Shown piece after piece: positions 1 to 13,899 of a stretch of 64,000 nucleotides of DNA; the stretch's first letter is position 1, and each line of letters begins with the position of its first letter. The DNA comes from Haliotis rubra (lineage: Eukaryota), in NCBI RefSeq assembly GCF_003918875.1, contig NW_025766903.1, positions 372,001 to 436,000 of the forward strand, in the 5' to 3' direction. The position numbers and the translations under genes were made by a program. Below the pieces are notes generated by a model that was not told the DNA's origin, ran no database searches, and saw only the letters and a list, made by a program, of their open reading frames with translations.

Positions 1-1124
1 ACGAAGAGAAAATATGTACATCTTCAAGGAGCATCCTCCTGAAAGTCACTGCATAAACCCTCAGCACCTTCTGTATCCCAGATGTGTTACATCCAATGCG
101 GAGTGTTGGAAGTGTTTTCATTGCGCAGCGATCACTGCCAAATACTCTTGTAGTCCAAGTGTGATTTGAATGAAAATTACAATACAATGGTGCCTTAGCT
201 GACGAAAATGTGCCCATCTTAGAATGTACAGTTTATTAACCTTTGCATGAAACGGTGTGCAGATACACATCTCCTGTCATCTTCCTACGAAGATGTCACT
301 GTTACACGCATTCCTTCTACGTGAGGCTTGTAATTCTCACTCTACCTTTGAGTGTAGCCATGGAGAAGAGAGAACAACTACATCGAGGAAGAAATACAAT
401 TTGCTTACTTTATTGACCGCTTACATTTATACGATGTACATTTGGATCTCTGTGCACAGTGAAGCAGGTTCCCCACTGTACACTCGATACATGCATTGCC
501 AGTCGCTGAGAAAGTACTTCAACAACACATACATGTTTTCTAACTGTATTATGCATCAACAAACATGCCCTGTACAGCGTCAACAGAGTAGCAATGGTTA
601 AGACAATAAAGTCAGTGATGATAATATTGACCAAGCAACAATGGGAGGCTTCCAAAAGAGGCCTAAGTTCCATAGTGTGGCGTGAGCCAAGTACTTGACA
701 CTAAGTATACTGGAGGCAGAAATAGCTTAACTCGTCACAGATAGACATCATCTTGGCATCTTCTGCAGGTAGGTTAGAGGTGATGGGAAAGTCCACCATC
801 AGCACCAACAGGTAGTTATGCCAGCAGTGTACCGCCAGTTACTTCATCTCCTTATATTTAACATTGACTGATCGAACATGAGACGTGATTCTTACCTTCA
901 TTCAGCGGACATTTGTAGATATTGATAGAGTGTGGCCGGAAACCAGGGACAGAGGCTCTCGCGAGGCTCTCACTCCCGCCGGCCATGTAGTATGTTCGGT
1001 CACATAATATTATATATACATGTGACAAATTAGATTTCAATAATCTCAGAATACGGTGTAAGCGACTGACTAGATTTGATAGGCTTTCCAATATAGGGAG
1101 TGTTTGTCTCAAATACGCCTCACA

Positions 1125-1522
1125 TCAATGTTTATAATGTGGAAGTCAGTAAAACATCGATGTTTATAATGTGGAAGTCAGTAAAACATCGATGTTTATA
1201 ATGTCTGACTGACTGAGTTTGGTTTTACGCCGCTTTTAGTGTTTATAATGTGGAAGTCAGTAAAACATAAATGTTTATAATGTGGAAGTCAGTAAAACAT
1301 CGATGTTTATAATGTGGAAGTCAGTAAAACATCGATGTTTATAATGTTGAAGTCAGTAAAACATCAATGTTTATAATGTGGAAGTCAGTAAAACATCAAT
1401 GTTTATAATGTGGAAGTCAGTAAAAACCAATGTTTATAATGTGGAAGTCAGTAAAACATCAGTGTTTATAATGTGGAAGTCAGTAAAACATCAGTGTTTA
1501 TAATGTGGAAGTCAGTAAAACA
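1125..1522. repeat. 32-bp minisatellite (ATCAATGTTTATAATGTGGAAGTCAGTAAAAC) with a SINE 3' fragment at about 1204-1239
   Basis: GGAAGTCAGT recurs at 1141 and 1173 (period 32); the inserted fragment matches the tail of the SINE at 14592. Confidence 0.95.
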
Positions 1523-2096
1523 TGTGTAAAGCAAATTCAACACTGAACTCATCACGTCAAGAATGAGACGCAGTCTCACCATAAAGGTGCTGTGTTTATG
1601 TAGATAGATGGACGGACGGACGGATGGATGGATGCACGTCGTGAAGTTTGCTTTACATTTTCTCCCTGAGCTGCGGGTGTACTGACGTTTAACCTCCATA
1701 TTTTCCAGCGGAACTGAATGTATTAGGGGACTTTATATAAATGTTTTAAGAAATTATTTCAAGGAAATAATTTTGAACATCTGTTTTTGCATGTTGTATG
1801 TGGCATCAGCTGTCACCTATAAACGATGAACACACTCCAACTCTCACTCGTTTGAGGCCATACACCAACAGTTCCATTCCTGGAGCTTCATCACGTCTGT
1901 TTCTACAACGGTCTTTTCTTAATACTTATCAGTGCCATTTCGGAATATAAAAGCAAACTAAACATATATAGCTATTATTTGTACATGCACGTCATCGGTA
2001 ACTGAGTGCGGCGTTAAATAACAAATAAACAAACATTGTTAAATCATGAACAGTGGATGTCGCCGATGCTTCAGTATTCTGTTCAGGCAAGATAAG

Positions 2097-2262
2097 AGTG
2101 AGTGAGTGAGTTTAGTTTTACGCCGCTTTTAGCAATATTCCAGCAATATCACGGCGGGGGACACCAGAAATGGGCTTCACACATAGTACCCATGTGGGGA
2201 ATCGAACCCGGGTTTTCAGCATGACGAGCCAACGCTTTAACCTTGGCTACCCCGCAGCCCCG
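2097..2262 (-). mobile_element. tRNA-derived SINE (family A), full length
   Basis: Minus strand: tRNA-like head with A box and B box (GGTTCGATTCC), body, (ACTC)n tail; 11-bp TSD GGCAAGATAAG at 2086-2096 and 2263-2273. Confidence 0.9.
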
Positions 2263-3269
2263 GGCAAGATAAGTAGAGTGAGTGACAGGGAGAAGCTAAT
2301 AACGGATTGAGAACTTTTTCCCGCGACGACAACGACAAAGCCCAGGGTTTACACTGTACAAATACAATTCCCGACTAATTACTGCTGAAGTTCCGGGTTT
2401 ACGTATGAGTAACCTTAGGTGACCTTGTCTGTTAGCCATTGGTTGAAAACCGTGACGTCACGGTAACCATGGGCGAATCACAAGACATGGACGGCCATTG
2501 ACATTCTTCCCACATATCAACAGATGACGACAGCCGGACGTAACGGTGGGGTGGTGGGGGACGTGCTACACAATTGTTCACCTGGAACAACTGGGGTATA
2601 TGGGATCAGTCAGGAAAGGGACTTGCACCGGAATAATTCATATGTATAAAGAAACAGGGATGCCTACCTCTTTTTTGAATGGTTTACCGCCATCCAAAAC
2701 ATGTCATGTTGCAATCAGACATCGCCAAGTTTGGTATATGGATGAAGTATTGAGAGGCAAATTAGACGCAATCAGCTATCAGTTTACAAACAGCTGGACT
2801 CAACACAAAGTGATGCTGTGAATTTCTATCAGTGTTCGATATTCGCGTCCACGGTCTGTATTGCAGTTTTATAGTGGCGTTTTGACGTGAACGACTTGTG
2901 CCCAATACATTAGACCGTTTATGTCAACAAAATATGCTTCAAAACTTTATAAACAAAACAGTGGGTTCACTGGAACGGAAGCATCTGTACAGAGACCGGG
3001 ACATCCTGGAAGGAGGCAGGAGAGGCACCTCGTTAACCTCGATCTGTTCAAGCTCTAGGACGTGACCTTTATAGCATCCAGTGTACACTGTAGTGAAAGC
3101 GAAGCAATACGAACCTTACTGCGGTCTGCTGGCCCCAGACGAGCAGATTCAGTCTTTTATTCCATCTTTCATGGCCGTAGACGTGTTCCGGAAGGCAAAC
3201 TGAAGGTTTTAAAGATGCCACTGCGGTTGCTCATAGTGGAGGTTCCATTCTGATGTCAGGCGGCAGATT

Positions 3270-3342
3270 AGCGACGGACGGATGGTCAGCGACGGACGGA
3301 TGGTCAGCGACGGACGGATGGTCAGCGACGGACGGATCGTCA
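3270..3342. repeat. 18-bp tandem repeat x4 (AGCGACGGACGGATGGTC)
   Basis: Direct inspection. Confidence 0.9.
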
Positions 3343-3479
3343 GTGCACAATCTAACAAGATTTTAACCCCATTGTGGTGAGATAGGACGCAGTGAACGTG
3401 AGGGGTTCGACCTCCCCCACCCCCTCTCCCCAAGACGGCATTGAAATTAATGCTGCCGTATTGCCGGAGCGCACCAGCC

Positions 3480-3860
3480 CACCAGTGCTATCATGAAACT
3501 GCTCCCAACTACCTCAATGAGTTGGTGACCAAAGAGAGCCTTACGATCAGCTGATCAACATATATTGGTCGTCCCAAGACGTAAACTAAACGCCTTTGGT
3601 TTCCGCTCCTTTAGTTGCCAGCTGCCACGCGAACTCAGACAAACAACATCCATTGATTCCTTCCAATGTGCCTTAAAAACACTTCTCTGTAGAAAATACT
3701 ACACTGACTAACAAACATACAAACCTCAAAAGATTCAACTATTTTATGTACAAATGTTTTATGTCTTGTAGCCCTCCAATCACCTTTATATGTAGCGCTT
3801 TGAGCATACATTTTTGTATGGAATCCAGCGCGGTATATATACACATAATTATTATTATTA
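3480..3860 (+). mobile_element. Decayed 3' end of an L2/CR1-group LINE
   Basis: Broken frames give APNYLNEL..SLRSADQ..FGFRSFS..ELRQTTSIDSFQCALKTLL; 3' AGCGC stem-loop and (TTA)n tail. Confidence 0.6.
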
Positions 3861-4266
3861 CTTTCTGTACTGTTGCCTTTTCCTAACCTCACCGTTATCA
3901 TTGCGCTATTTACTGATTACTGACAGCTTGCAGCAGTTTGTAGTAAGCCTCTGTTGTCAACAAGCCGCGGAAACGAGCGCAAACCGATGAATAGAAATAC
4001 CACCTTCAATGTCAATCAATGAAGTTTGAAGATAACGTCGATATCTTGCAATTTATTCCCATGTCACATCACGACATATTTCAGAAGGAAACAAAAGTCT
4101 TTCGAACTTAGAAGACAAACTAAATCAAGATCTATCTCGGAAAAGCAAAATAATTGAAGAAAAAAATAAACATATTCAGGACTTAAATCAGCGCTTACAA
4201 GATTCAGAAGCTAGAAGGGCTGAATTAAGAGCGGAAATCAAGCTGAGTTCCCAAGACAACAAGATA

Positions 4267-5205
4267 TTGAAAGATAAAGTCCATGACCTTGAAGACAAAA
4301 TCATTCGCCTTAACTATCAGGTGGACAATAAACTCAAATCGATCAGTAGTAAGCTGGATAACGTTGGTAAGCAGAAGTCAACGTATGCGAGTATTGTTAA
4401 ATCACCAGTATCATCGTACAATTCTGGCAAACAGAACACTGACACTCCAGCTTCACCTGTAACCATCACTGACTCATCCAGTAACACTCGTACCTGTGCT
4501 GTGAACAGTACTGAACAGAACTGTAATAATGGTACAACCGATACCGTGTCTACTCAAACCACCAACAGCTGTAAGGAGACTGTGTCAAATAAGAGCGTTA
4601 ACAGTGCCAGTGACAGAAACAATATTCTCACAAACAAACAGTCTAACATGGTTGATCTCTCCGACAGGGATAAACTGAGGAAGTACTATGCAGATAATGA
4701 CCACGGTCTTGTGTTTCAAGGGGACATGGATATGACCCAAGAAGTACAGCCTCATCATCCTGTACAACATACAGCACAAGCTCACCACACTCTCCAGGAT
4801 CAACGCGCAGACAAACCACAGACAACTACAACATACCAGATAAAATCCCTGGCGAAAACCTACTCTACGCTGGAAGGTGTACCAAGGATAAAGACTAAAC
4901 GTGTAGTCTTATCTAACATCAAGGCCGATAAACCGTTTGACAGTGTGAAACAGCTCATTCACGACTATGCACATGCTCGCTATGTGCGTGTGACGTACAC
5001 AAGACTGCTACTCAAGCGCTCATACTATGACGGAACAGATACCTACACAGTGCCGGTCAATATGGCGTGTGACGACTACACTGGTGATATGAACGATAAC
5101 TTCTGGCCAGCTGACATCACATGTCGTGACTATGAACAACGACAGAGGAAACGGGATAATTATGGGCAATATAGTGATAATGGATATTCATATCAAAATG
5201 AGTAA
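4267..5205 (+). CDS. LINE ORF1 (coiled-coil region, Ser/Thr-rich linker, C-terminal RRM-like region); 5' part disrupted
   Basis: Long ORF directly upstream of and overlapping ORF2; heptad-like LEDKLNQ..LKDKVHDLEDKI in the same frame. Confidence 0.7.
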   Translation: MKDKVHDLEDKIIRLNYQVDNKLKSISSKLDNVGKQKSTYASIVKSPVSSYNSGKQNTDTPASPVTITDSSSNTRTCAVNSTEQNCNNGTTDTVSTQTTNSCKETVSNKSVNSASDRNNILTNKQSNMVDLSDRDKLRKYYADNDHGLVFQGDMDMTQEVQPHHPVQHTAQAHHTLQDQRADKPQTTTTYQIKSLAKTYSTLEGVPRIKTKRVVLSNIKADKPFDSVKQLIHDYAHARYVRVTYTRLLLKRSYYDGTDTYTVPVNMACDDYTGDMNDNFWPADITCRDYEQRQRKRDNYGQYSDNGYSYQNE

Positions 5206-8200
5206 GTTTCTCCTTGTTTCCCTATATATCATGGCTTTAAGCTTAATATCATGGAATATTCGTGGCTTAACACATGATTGTCAAGATATTGTCAATAATA
5301 TTCCAGATGATGTTGATATTGTTGCTGTGCAAGAACATTGGCTCAATCCAGATAATGTCCGCAGTCTCAATGATATTAATGGTTTTTCATTCATTTCATC
5401 TATATGTAACAAAACAACTTCTTCTCGAGGTGCTGGCGGTGTTGCCATACTGCGTAACAATAAGTCCACCTGGAGGCTGCGCAGAATTGCAACCAAGACA
5501 GAACTTTTTGTTGCTGTAGTTGTATATGCACATGGATATCCTGATATGTATGTAATATCTTCCCGACTACCTTCTACTAATGTTCTGCTCTCTGTGTATG
5601 TAGATGCAGTTGAACAACTCTTTGATATGTATGATATCCTTAGTCAAAAGGGTGATACTTTTATACTGGGTGACCTCAATGCAGATATCTGTAAAAACAT
5701 ATTATCCCCACGTGATAGTGTGCTTTATAACTATATCACAGAACGGCATCTTATACATGCTGTTAGTACATTACGCAACCATGGGCCTGACCATACATTT
5801 AGAAGTAAGGACAGCAGATTTAAATCGCTCATTGATTACATACTCCTCCCGTCACACCTGGCCGATCAGCTTGCCTATTGTTGTGTAAGGGATGATTGTA
5901 GCTACGCTGTATCTGACCATTACCCATGTCTTGTTACTGTATCTAGACAACAGGAACATGTACGCAAATCTGATAGCCTCTATTTTCCAAAATGGCATAA
6001 AGCTGACCAATGTGACATTAACGTATACAGCGAGGAGAGTTCCTGACTTCTCTCAGAAATTACTATCCCCCCTCATCCCCTTCCTCCCCATGAAATTGAA
6101 TCATACACATGTAATGTTATAAATGCTTTACAATCGGCCAGTTCCCGGTGTATTCCTTCGGGTGTTTTTAAAGCACATTTAAAGCCATACTGGAAATCAG
6201 ACGGACTAAACGATTTGCATTACAATATGCGTGTAGCTAGACGCGAGTGGTTGGTTGATGGTAAACCAAGGACAGGTAACTCGCCTTTGTATATTAATTA
6301 CAAATCAGCTAAGCGGGAATTTAGACGATTACATCGTAAGTCTAAACGGAAACAGCGGTCAGACTTAAGTAGCGAATTAGAAAGGTGTTCCGTTGCTGAT
6401 ATAGGTACTTTCTTTAAATCAGTTCGCAAAATGAGGCGACAGAGTCCAGTTGTTAAAGAGCTAGTATTTAGTGATAAATGTGCAAACACAGCAGAAGATA
6501 TTTGTGAACTATGGGGTGATTACTTTGCAGATCTCGCCAAACCTCATTACTCTCCATTATTTGATAGCAACTTTCTAATAACAGTTGACAGGAAGGTTAG
6601 AAATATAAGCCAGAAACAATCCTCATGCAAAAAAGATACTTTATGTAAACATATTGAAAGTGATGAAGTAAAGGAACATATCAGTAATCTCCACAAAAAT
6701 AAATCCCCTGGCCCGGACTGTATTCACAATGAACATCTTATTTATGCTGGTGATGACATCGTAAATACATTAACGGCACTTTTTAACTCTTTTTTAGGAT
6801 CTGCATATGTCCCTAGCACTTTCAGAAGCGGTGTAATTATCCCAATATATAAAGGTAAAAAGGCGAAAAATGATCCAAAAAATTATAGAGGAATAACTCT
6901 AACTTCTTGTATTGGTTAACCTTTTAAAAATTCTTATTGGCTAGACTAGAAATCTGGGTACAAGAATACATACCCTCATTTCCAGACAAGCTCCAATTTG
7001 GGTTTAGAAAGGAACATGGAGCAACCACTTCAGTCTTTACTCTAAACGAAAGCTTATCATATTATCTAAGCAGAGGTTCTCCAGTTTATACAGCCTTTAT
7101 GGACAATGAGAAGGCGTTTGATCGCATATGGCATAATGGACTCTTTTTAAAGCTACATCAAATGGGTATAAAGGGCAAAATGTGGCAGCTCCTATATCAA
7201 AGTTATACATCAAGCTCTGCTTTTGTGCAATATTGTGGTCTGAGATCAAATGAATATGTTATCAAGCAAGGTGTTGGGCAAGGTAGAGTCTTGTCTTCCT
7301 GGTTTTTCCTTGTTTTTATTAATGATTTGATATGTGAACTTAGAGATTTGAACAATGGCATTTGTGTAAGTGGCATTAATATCCCATGTATTCTACTGGC
7401 TGACGACACAACACTTGCTTCCACCTCTCCAAAAGGTCTTCAATCATCACTTGATACTATTTATAGCTATGCTTGTAAGTGGCGTCTAACGTATAACGGT
7501 TCTAAAAGCAAATATAAGAAACGTCTGGGTAATTATTCTTTCAAATTTGGTGATTCAGAAATACCAATAAGTGATTGTGTTAAGTATGGAGGCATTTTAC
7601 TTTCGTCTGATCTATCCCCAAAATCTAGAGTATATTCATACTGCCAGAAAGCACGACAATCTGTAAATTCTCTAAAAAGTCTTGGTTTAAATGGTAAAGA
7701 TCTCCACCCTACTTCTTCTGTTAAAATATGGAAAAGAATGATACTTCCAACGAGCTTTTACGGTTGTGAACTTTTACCCATTCTTCGAGGTAAAGATTAT
7801 GACTTGGTAGAAAGTACACAGAGATATTTTGCCAGATGCATTCAGGGTTTCGGTAAGCGCTTTTCCTCTGCTTCAGTGCTAGGTAACCTTGGATTGTGGA
7901 GCATGGATGGTTATATAGATAAATGTAGACTATTATTTCTCGGCAAGCTGTGCAACAGCAAGTGTAACTCTTCATTTAAGGATATTTTCTGTGTACATTT
8001 AGCCACCTTTCAAAACAGAACAGCTGTCTTAGACAGTATATGTGACACACTTATTCAAACCAGTTTAAAATACAATCTCTTCAATTATCTTAGTGACTAT
8101 CTCGATTTTGGAAGGTTTCCATGTAAATCGTCATGGCGAAGAATAACTATTAATTGCATAAATAGATCTGAAACTGAACGATGGATTTCTCACGTTTGTG

Positions 8201-8635
8201 TAAGGCACGATATGAATAGATATCGCTTGACCCACAATTTCTTTGGTGTACATAGATTGTATTGTTTGATGTATTTTTTACCCACAGTTTAAAGATTTAT
8301 TACAGTTTTGTGTACAAATCAGCTCAAGGGGAAAATTCTCAAAACATTGTGAACTCTGCAAAAGATATTGTAATGATTATGACGGCCATATAATTTTACA
8401 CTGTGAACACTATATGTACAGCAGAAATAATTTCTTTTCAAAACTTATAGATCTCTTTGATGTGGATGTTTATGTACAAATAGAATTATTATCTGAAGAT
8501 GAAATGTTATCACTATTTTCTGGGGGTGAACTACTAGTTACTAACGATATTGATGAAATGTCATGGAGATGTATGATTGTCCTCTTCTGTAAATACCTAT
8601 ATTCCTTGCTTCCCTCACTAAACTGTGCATTCTAG
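5198..8635 (+). pseudogene. LINE ORF2 (APE endonuclease + reverse transcriptase), disrupted
   Basis: EN motifs WNIRG, QEHW, GDLNAD, IDY, SDH; RT motifs QFGFR, DNEKAFD, QG..LS, LADD; in-frame TGA at 6044, frameshifts near 6920 and 8290. Confidence 0.9.
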
Positions 8636-9020
8636 ACCTTTCATCTTTTCTTTGTACATATATATGACTATATGAATGTGTTGTGAATATATTGCTGTGA
8701 TTATGTTGCTGTAAATATTTCATGTACATGTTTATAATGATCTTCGGAATATAATCTGGAGGAAATAAAGAGATTCATTCATTCATTCATTCATTCATTC
8801 ATTCATTCATTCATTCATTCATTCATTCATTCATTCATTCATTCATTCATTCATTCATAACTCGAATACTGATCAAAGATGCGTTCGACTCGACTGGCTC
8901 ACTCAATTACTTGTGTGACAAACAAATATATGTTTATGGCGCATGTAAAAGGGAATGATAAGTGTCAGTATTTGTGATTTTACGAATGTTTCAAGAACAT
9001 AGCATGACGGATCGACGGAT

Positions 9021-9698
9021 CTGACCATGTATCTTCATTAATAAGGTGAAAGTGATGTGCTGAATGTAACTGCCCAGTCCCTTCAGTTACCAATAAGACA
9101 TTATGTTGATCAAACTGACCATGTATCTTCATTAATAAGGTGAAAGTGATGTGCTGAATGTAACTGCCCAGTCCCTTCAGTTACCAATAAGACATTATGT
9201 TGATCAAACTGACCATGTATCTTCATTAATAAGGTGAAAGTGATGTGCTGAATGTAACTGCCCAGTCCCTTCAGTTACCAATAAGACATTATGTTGATCA
9301 AACTGACCATGTATCTTCATTAATAAGGTGAAAGTGATGTGCTGAATGTAACTGCCCAGTCCCTTCAGTTACCAATAAGACATTATGTTGATCAAACTGA
9401 CCATGTATATTCATTAATAAGGTGAAAGTGATGTGCTGAATGTAACTGCCCAGTCCCTTCAGTTACCAATAAGACATTATGTTGATCAAACTGACCATGT
9501 ATCTTCATTAATAAGGTGAAAGTGATGTGCTGAATGTAACTGCCCAGTCCCTTCAGTTACCAATAAGACATTATGTTGATCAAACTGACCATGTATCTTC
9601 ATTAATAAGGTGAAAGTGATGTGCTGAATGTAACTGCCCAGTCCCTTCAGTTACCAATAAGACATTATGTTGATCAAACTGACCATGTATCTTCATTA
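9021..9698. repeat. 94-bp tandem repeat, about 7 near-identical copies
   Basis: CTGACCATGT at 9021 and 9115, continuing with the same period. Confidence 0.95.
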
Positions 9699-9869
9699 AA
9701 AACGTGAACAAGCAAACAAATCTTTGTTTATATTTTATTCTTGATCAGATCATAATTTCAGTGAATATGTATAATGAATCAGTGTAGATTTCAGCAAATA
9801 TTCATAATCCCCGACGGAATCACTAAATATGCATAAATTATGGCAAAATCTGTAAATATACATATATAT

Positions 9870-10225
9870 TTATTTACTGATCATACATATTTACTGATTA
9901 TGCAGATTTACTGATCATACATATTTACTGATTATGCAGATTTACTGATCATACAGATTTACTGATCATATAGATTTCCTGATTATACTGATTTACTGAT
10001 CATACAGATTTACTGATCATACAGATTTCCTGATCATACAGATTTACTGATTATACAGATTTACTGATTATGCAGATTTACTGATTATACTGATTTACTG
10101 ATTATGCAGATTTACTGATTATACAGATTTACTGATTATACAGATTTACGGATTATACTGATTTACTGATTATACAGATTTACGGATTATACAGATTTCC
10201 TGATTATACAGATTTACTGATCATA
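9870..10225. repeat. 17-bp minisatellite (ATTTACTGATTATACAG)
   Basis: Direct inspection. Confidence 0.9.
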
Positions 10226-11589
10226 CATAACATATACACCTAGAAATAACATCGCACAAAACATCTCCCCTTAGAAACAGTCATATCATTCTTTTCGAAA
10301 TTTTCGTAGTTAAGCATTCCAGAGTATCATAGATTGTCCCCTACATGAAATGATCACACCAAAGAACGGAGCAGCTGGCTGTTGGAAACTGGAAATCCGG
10401 CCTCCTGACATACTGTGATGTGGGGAGTTTTTGTCACTCTTAATCTGTATGCATGGATCCAAATACATGTATGAGACATTGTTTGTCTCCTTATTTCCAG
10501 GACAGGTGGGTAACTCAGTGGGAGGGAATTGACTCCTCCGAAATGGACTTACCGCCTTAGTCATTTAAATACACTATCATGTGACTCGAGCTAAGGTCCA
10601 AACCATCACAGTGTAATGAGACAAGTCGAGGCGAGTAAGACCCTCAAAACGTGTATTTGGTACGTCTGGAGACCCGCTGTATCAAACACATATCCAAGTT
10701 ATTTTTGTTGTCAAAGTTATGGGTCATCCGGTGTAAGGAATGCAGTAGAAAGTGTTTAGATTTGTTATTATTCTCTTTTGCTATGAACAAGGTCATTAAC
10801 ATTGGTCATGACCCTGAGATCTTCAGATCCACGAATTACACGATCAGTATGAAGACTTAAGCGAAGTAATAGGGACCTCAAACCGAAATGTTGCCCTTTT
10901 CACACCTGGTCATGATCAGTTCCCTGACAACCGCTAACCAAATACCGCTGGTGTTGACGTCACTATACCAAAATGTTTTAATGTCACAATATGCAGCTTC
11001 ACAATTAGTTGGAGTTTTATTTTCTTCTTATGGACAACTTCAAAAACAAAACGTTATGTTGGAAAGTAAATTTATCGAAAACAGCTACATGAATTGTTTT
11101 GTTAAATATAGCACACCTAACTAACATAACGAGGATGACTGTGGTGGCAACATGGGCCCCGTGTCAGTGTAATTAGAAGATCTACCCCTTCTGGTATCGA
11201 ATATAATACAGCGTGAGATAGGCAACATCTGGGCTATAAATCATTGCGTGGTATTTCCCAGTGTTTTCAGTGGTGATTTCCTCACCTTTTGTCCAGTAGA
11301 ACATGTCTGAAAAGGTATTTTCTCGTGCAATGACGCTGTATATTTATTTGAACGTGGTCGATGTTTATGCATGTCCGGATTAAACTGATTGCAAAGCTGT
11401 TATTGAGAACTTTAGCGGCGTTATTTCAACCGAATTATTCAATTTAGTGTGACCTAAGCAATGACGATAAATGAATATAATAGCCGACCCGCTGTGAATA
11501 TGCCACGAATATACCGTGGGACGCGCGAGATTGGACCAACTAGGAATATAAACAATATTAAACATAGCCGTAAATACTGGACCTGCCGG

Positions 11590-12225
11590 TTTAGCTCTAT
11601 CTGACCAGTACAATAAGACATACTAGTCTTGGCTTGTGTCCGATGCTTGTTATTAGGTCTAATATAGGTAGGTCCAGTAAATAAGATACTAGTTAACTCT
11701 ATCTGACCAGTACAATATAGTTAACTCTACTGATACAATAAGACATACTAGTCTTGGCTTGTGTCCGATGCTTGTTATCAGGTAGGTCTAATATAGTTAA
11801 CTCTATCTGACCAGTACAATAAGACATACTAGTCTTGGCTTGTGTCCGATGCTTGTTATCAGGTAGGTCTAATATAGTTAACTCTATCTGGCCAGTACAA
11901 TAAGACATACTAGTCTTGGCTTGTGTCCGATGCTTGTTATAAGGTAGGTCTACTATAGTTAACTCTATCTGACCAGTACAATAAGACATACTAGTCTTGG
12001 CTTATCTGTGTCCTTGATGCTTGTTATCAGGTAGGTCTACTATAGTTAACTCTATCTGACCAGTACAATAAGACATACTAGTCTTGGCTTGTGTCCGATG
12101 CTTGTTATCAGGTAGGTCTACTATAGTTAACTCTATCTGGCCACCAGTCTTGGCTTGTGTCAATAAGACATACTAGTCTTGGCTTGTGTCCGATGCTTGT
12201 TATCAGGTAGGTCTACTATAGTTAA
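11590..12225. repeat. 81-bp tandem repeat
   Basis: 27-aa periodicity in ORF 11699-11989; unit ATAGTTAACTCTATCTGACCAGTACAAT... Confidence 0.9.
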
Positions 12226-13119
12226 ATGCGGTCGGTTAGTCTGTAATGTTTACAATTTCCAAATCACCTATAACGTCAAACATATTTCTAAAACTTTGTT
12301 CAGTCTTTTGAAACTCTGCTTTTATACACGTGTACATACTTCAAAATGTACACAAAATTTTCATTCGAATCATTTCAATGTACTCTGTAGAAGCACATGC
12401 CTGTAGTTTTTATTCACTGATCATTGTGTCCGTTTACAATGCATGAGTAGTAAGTACTTACCTTTCTATGCAAATTACGTCCTTGATATGTTGTCGCGAA
12501 CACTTGTTGTCATCACTGACTTTCAGTGGTCTATGTATATAGGTTTCAGAGACAAACAGCCACAGATCCGTCTGAAGACTGGTTATTATCTGAAATGTTT
12601 TCATTTCGCCTGTCGTGCAATCACTGAACAGGCTGCTCTGTTGTTGAAATGTACGTAGACAGAAAATCTCACGACTTGATAAAATCTTGACCTCGAGCTC
12701 GTGCTCGATAGCAAGTCCTGGGTTTCCTTTCAGACGTGAGGACCAGCGGTTCCGTGAATGACATATTTTCTACCTGGATGTCCAGCCTAGGCTTATTTTG
12801 GACGTTTGTCCATTATTGCTGATATCAGAAATATTGCAAATGTTGTTTGATTTTGTGCTGTCATTATATTTACACTGCCGCAGAATTTTAAACGGCTTCT
12901 CTTTTGTGTCCGCCGTTTGTAATTATTTTGCAGTGAGTTGTATAGATTTGTAAACTTTGGTAATTTATGATATAAGTGTACATTGTATGTTATTTCTTTG
13001 ATGATTATTTGTTTCTCATTGGATTACTTTGAGATTACATTTCAGGATTAACATATTGTTTCAGTTTGGAAATCAATGCATAACATAGCAGCACGGCCAC
13101 ACAGCAGTCATGCCTCAGA

Positions 13120-13355
13120 ACCTATGCAGTCCGGGTTAGAACCAACCAAGTCATGCTTGTCGTAAGAGGAGACTAACGGGATCGGGTGGTCAGGCTCGCT
13201 GACTTAGTTGACACATGTCATCGGTTCCCAATTGCGTAGATCGACGTTCATGCTGTTGATCACTGGATTGTCTGGTCCAGACTCGATTATTTACAGACCG
13301 CCGCCATATAGCTGGAATATTGCTGAGTGCGGCGTAAAACAAGAAACAAATCATC
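13120..13355 (+). mobile_element. SINE-like element family B (no tRNA head), diverged copy
   Basis: Homologous to 47670-47911 and 56417-56667; flanking CCTCAGA direct repeat. Confidence 0.8.
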
Positions 13356-13899
13356 CCTCAGACCTGATACACGCGACACGTGCAGTGACGGCCGGCGGGT
13401 GGACTTGGTGCGACTGGCTAACTGAACAGCATGTGATCCCCAGCTCGTAGAACGACGTGACTGTTCGGTTCGTCACCTCTCTTGTCTATTGAACAAGCAC
13501 CGAACAACATGCCCCAAGCTGCAAACAACCGGTCATAAACTGGGACTTCAAAGGGCAATGTAAAGGTACAGAGAGAAGGTTGCAACAAAATACCACATAC
13601 CTCGTGGCTGAGGTGTTGCAGGAAAGAACAACTTGATGTATTGTCTGATGTATGGTGCTGTAATTAAAACACCGTGCGTGACACATAATGTATCAGATAT
13701 AGAAATAAAGGATAGGCTCAGTGTCAGGGTTCTGAGGAAACTGTTAACATGTCGTTACTCAACCTAGTTTAGAACAGTTCCCTATAGCATTCATCCCGGA
13801 ATCAAGGTTACGCGTCCTCCAATAAGATGGAGAGGACGATGAATGATTCCACTACAGCATAGAATGTGTGTCACTTGTCACTGGCATACAGGGGGCCGG

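Larger units (their letters stand above)
3900..8857 (+). mobile_element. Near full-length APE-type non-LTR retrotransposon (RTEX/CR1-like), few lesions
   Basis: ORF1 plus overlapping ORF2 (endonuclease, RT, C-terminal CxxC..H..C); AATAAA at about 8764 then (ATTC)n tail 8773-8857; 5' limit approximate. Confidence 0.9.

Noticed and set aside
1-610. Cys-containing + strand frames, possibly exons of another gene
   Set aside because: No consistent splice chain or recognisable domain; window edge limits context
9021-9698. Regular arrays resembling CRISPR or retrozyme units
   Set aside because: Whole units are near-identical with no unique spacers; no CUGANGA/GAAA hammerhead core seen on either strand; eukaryotic context
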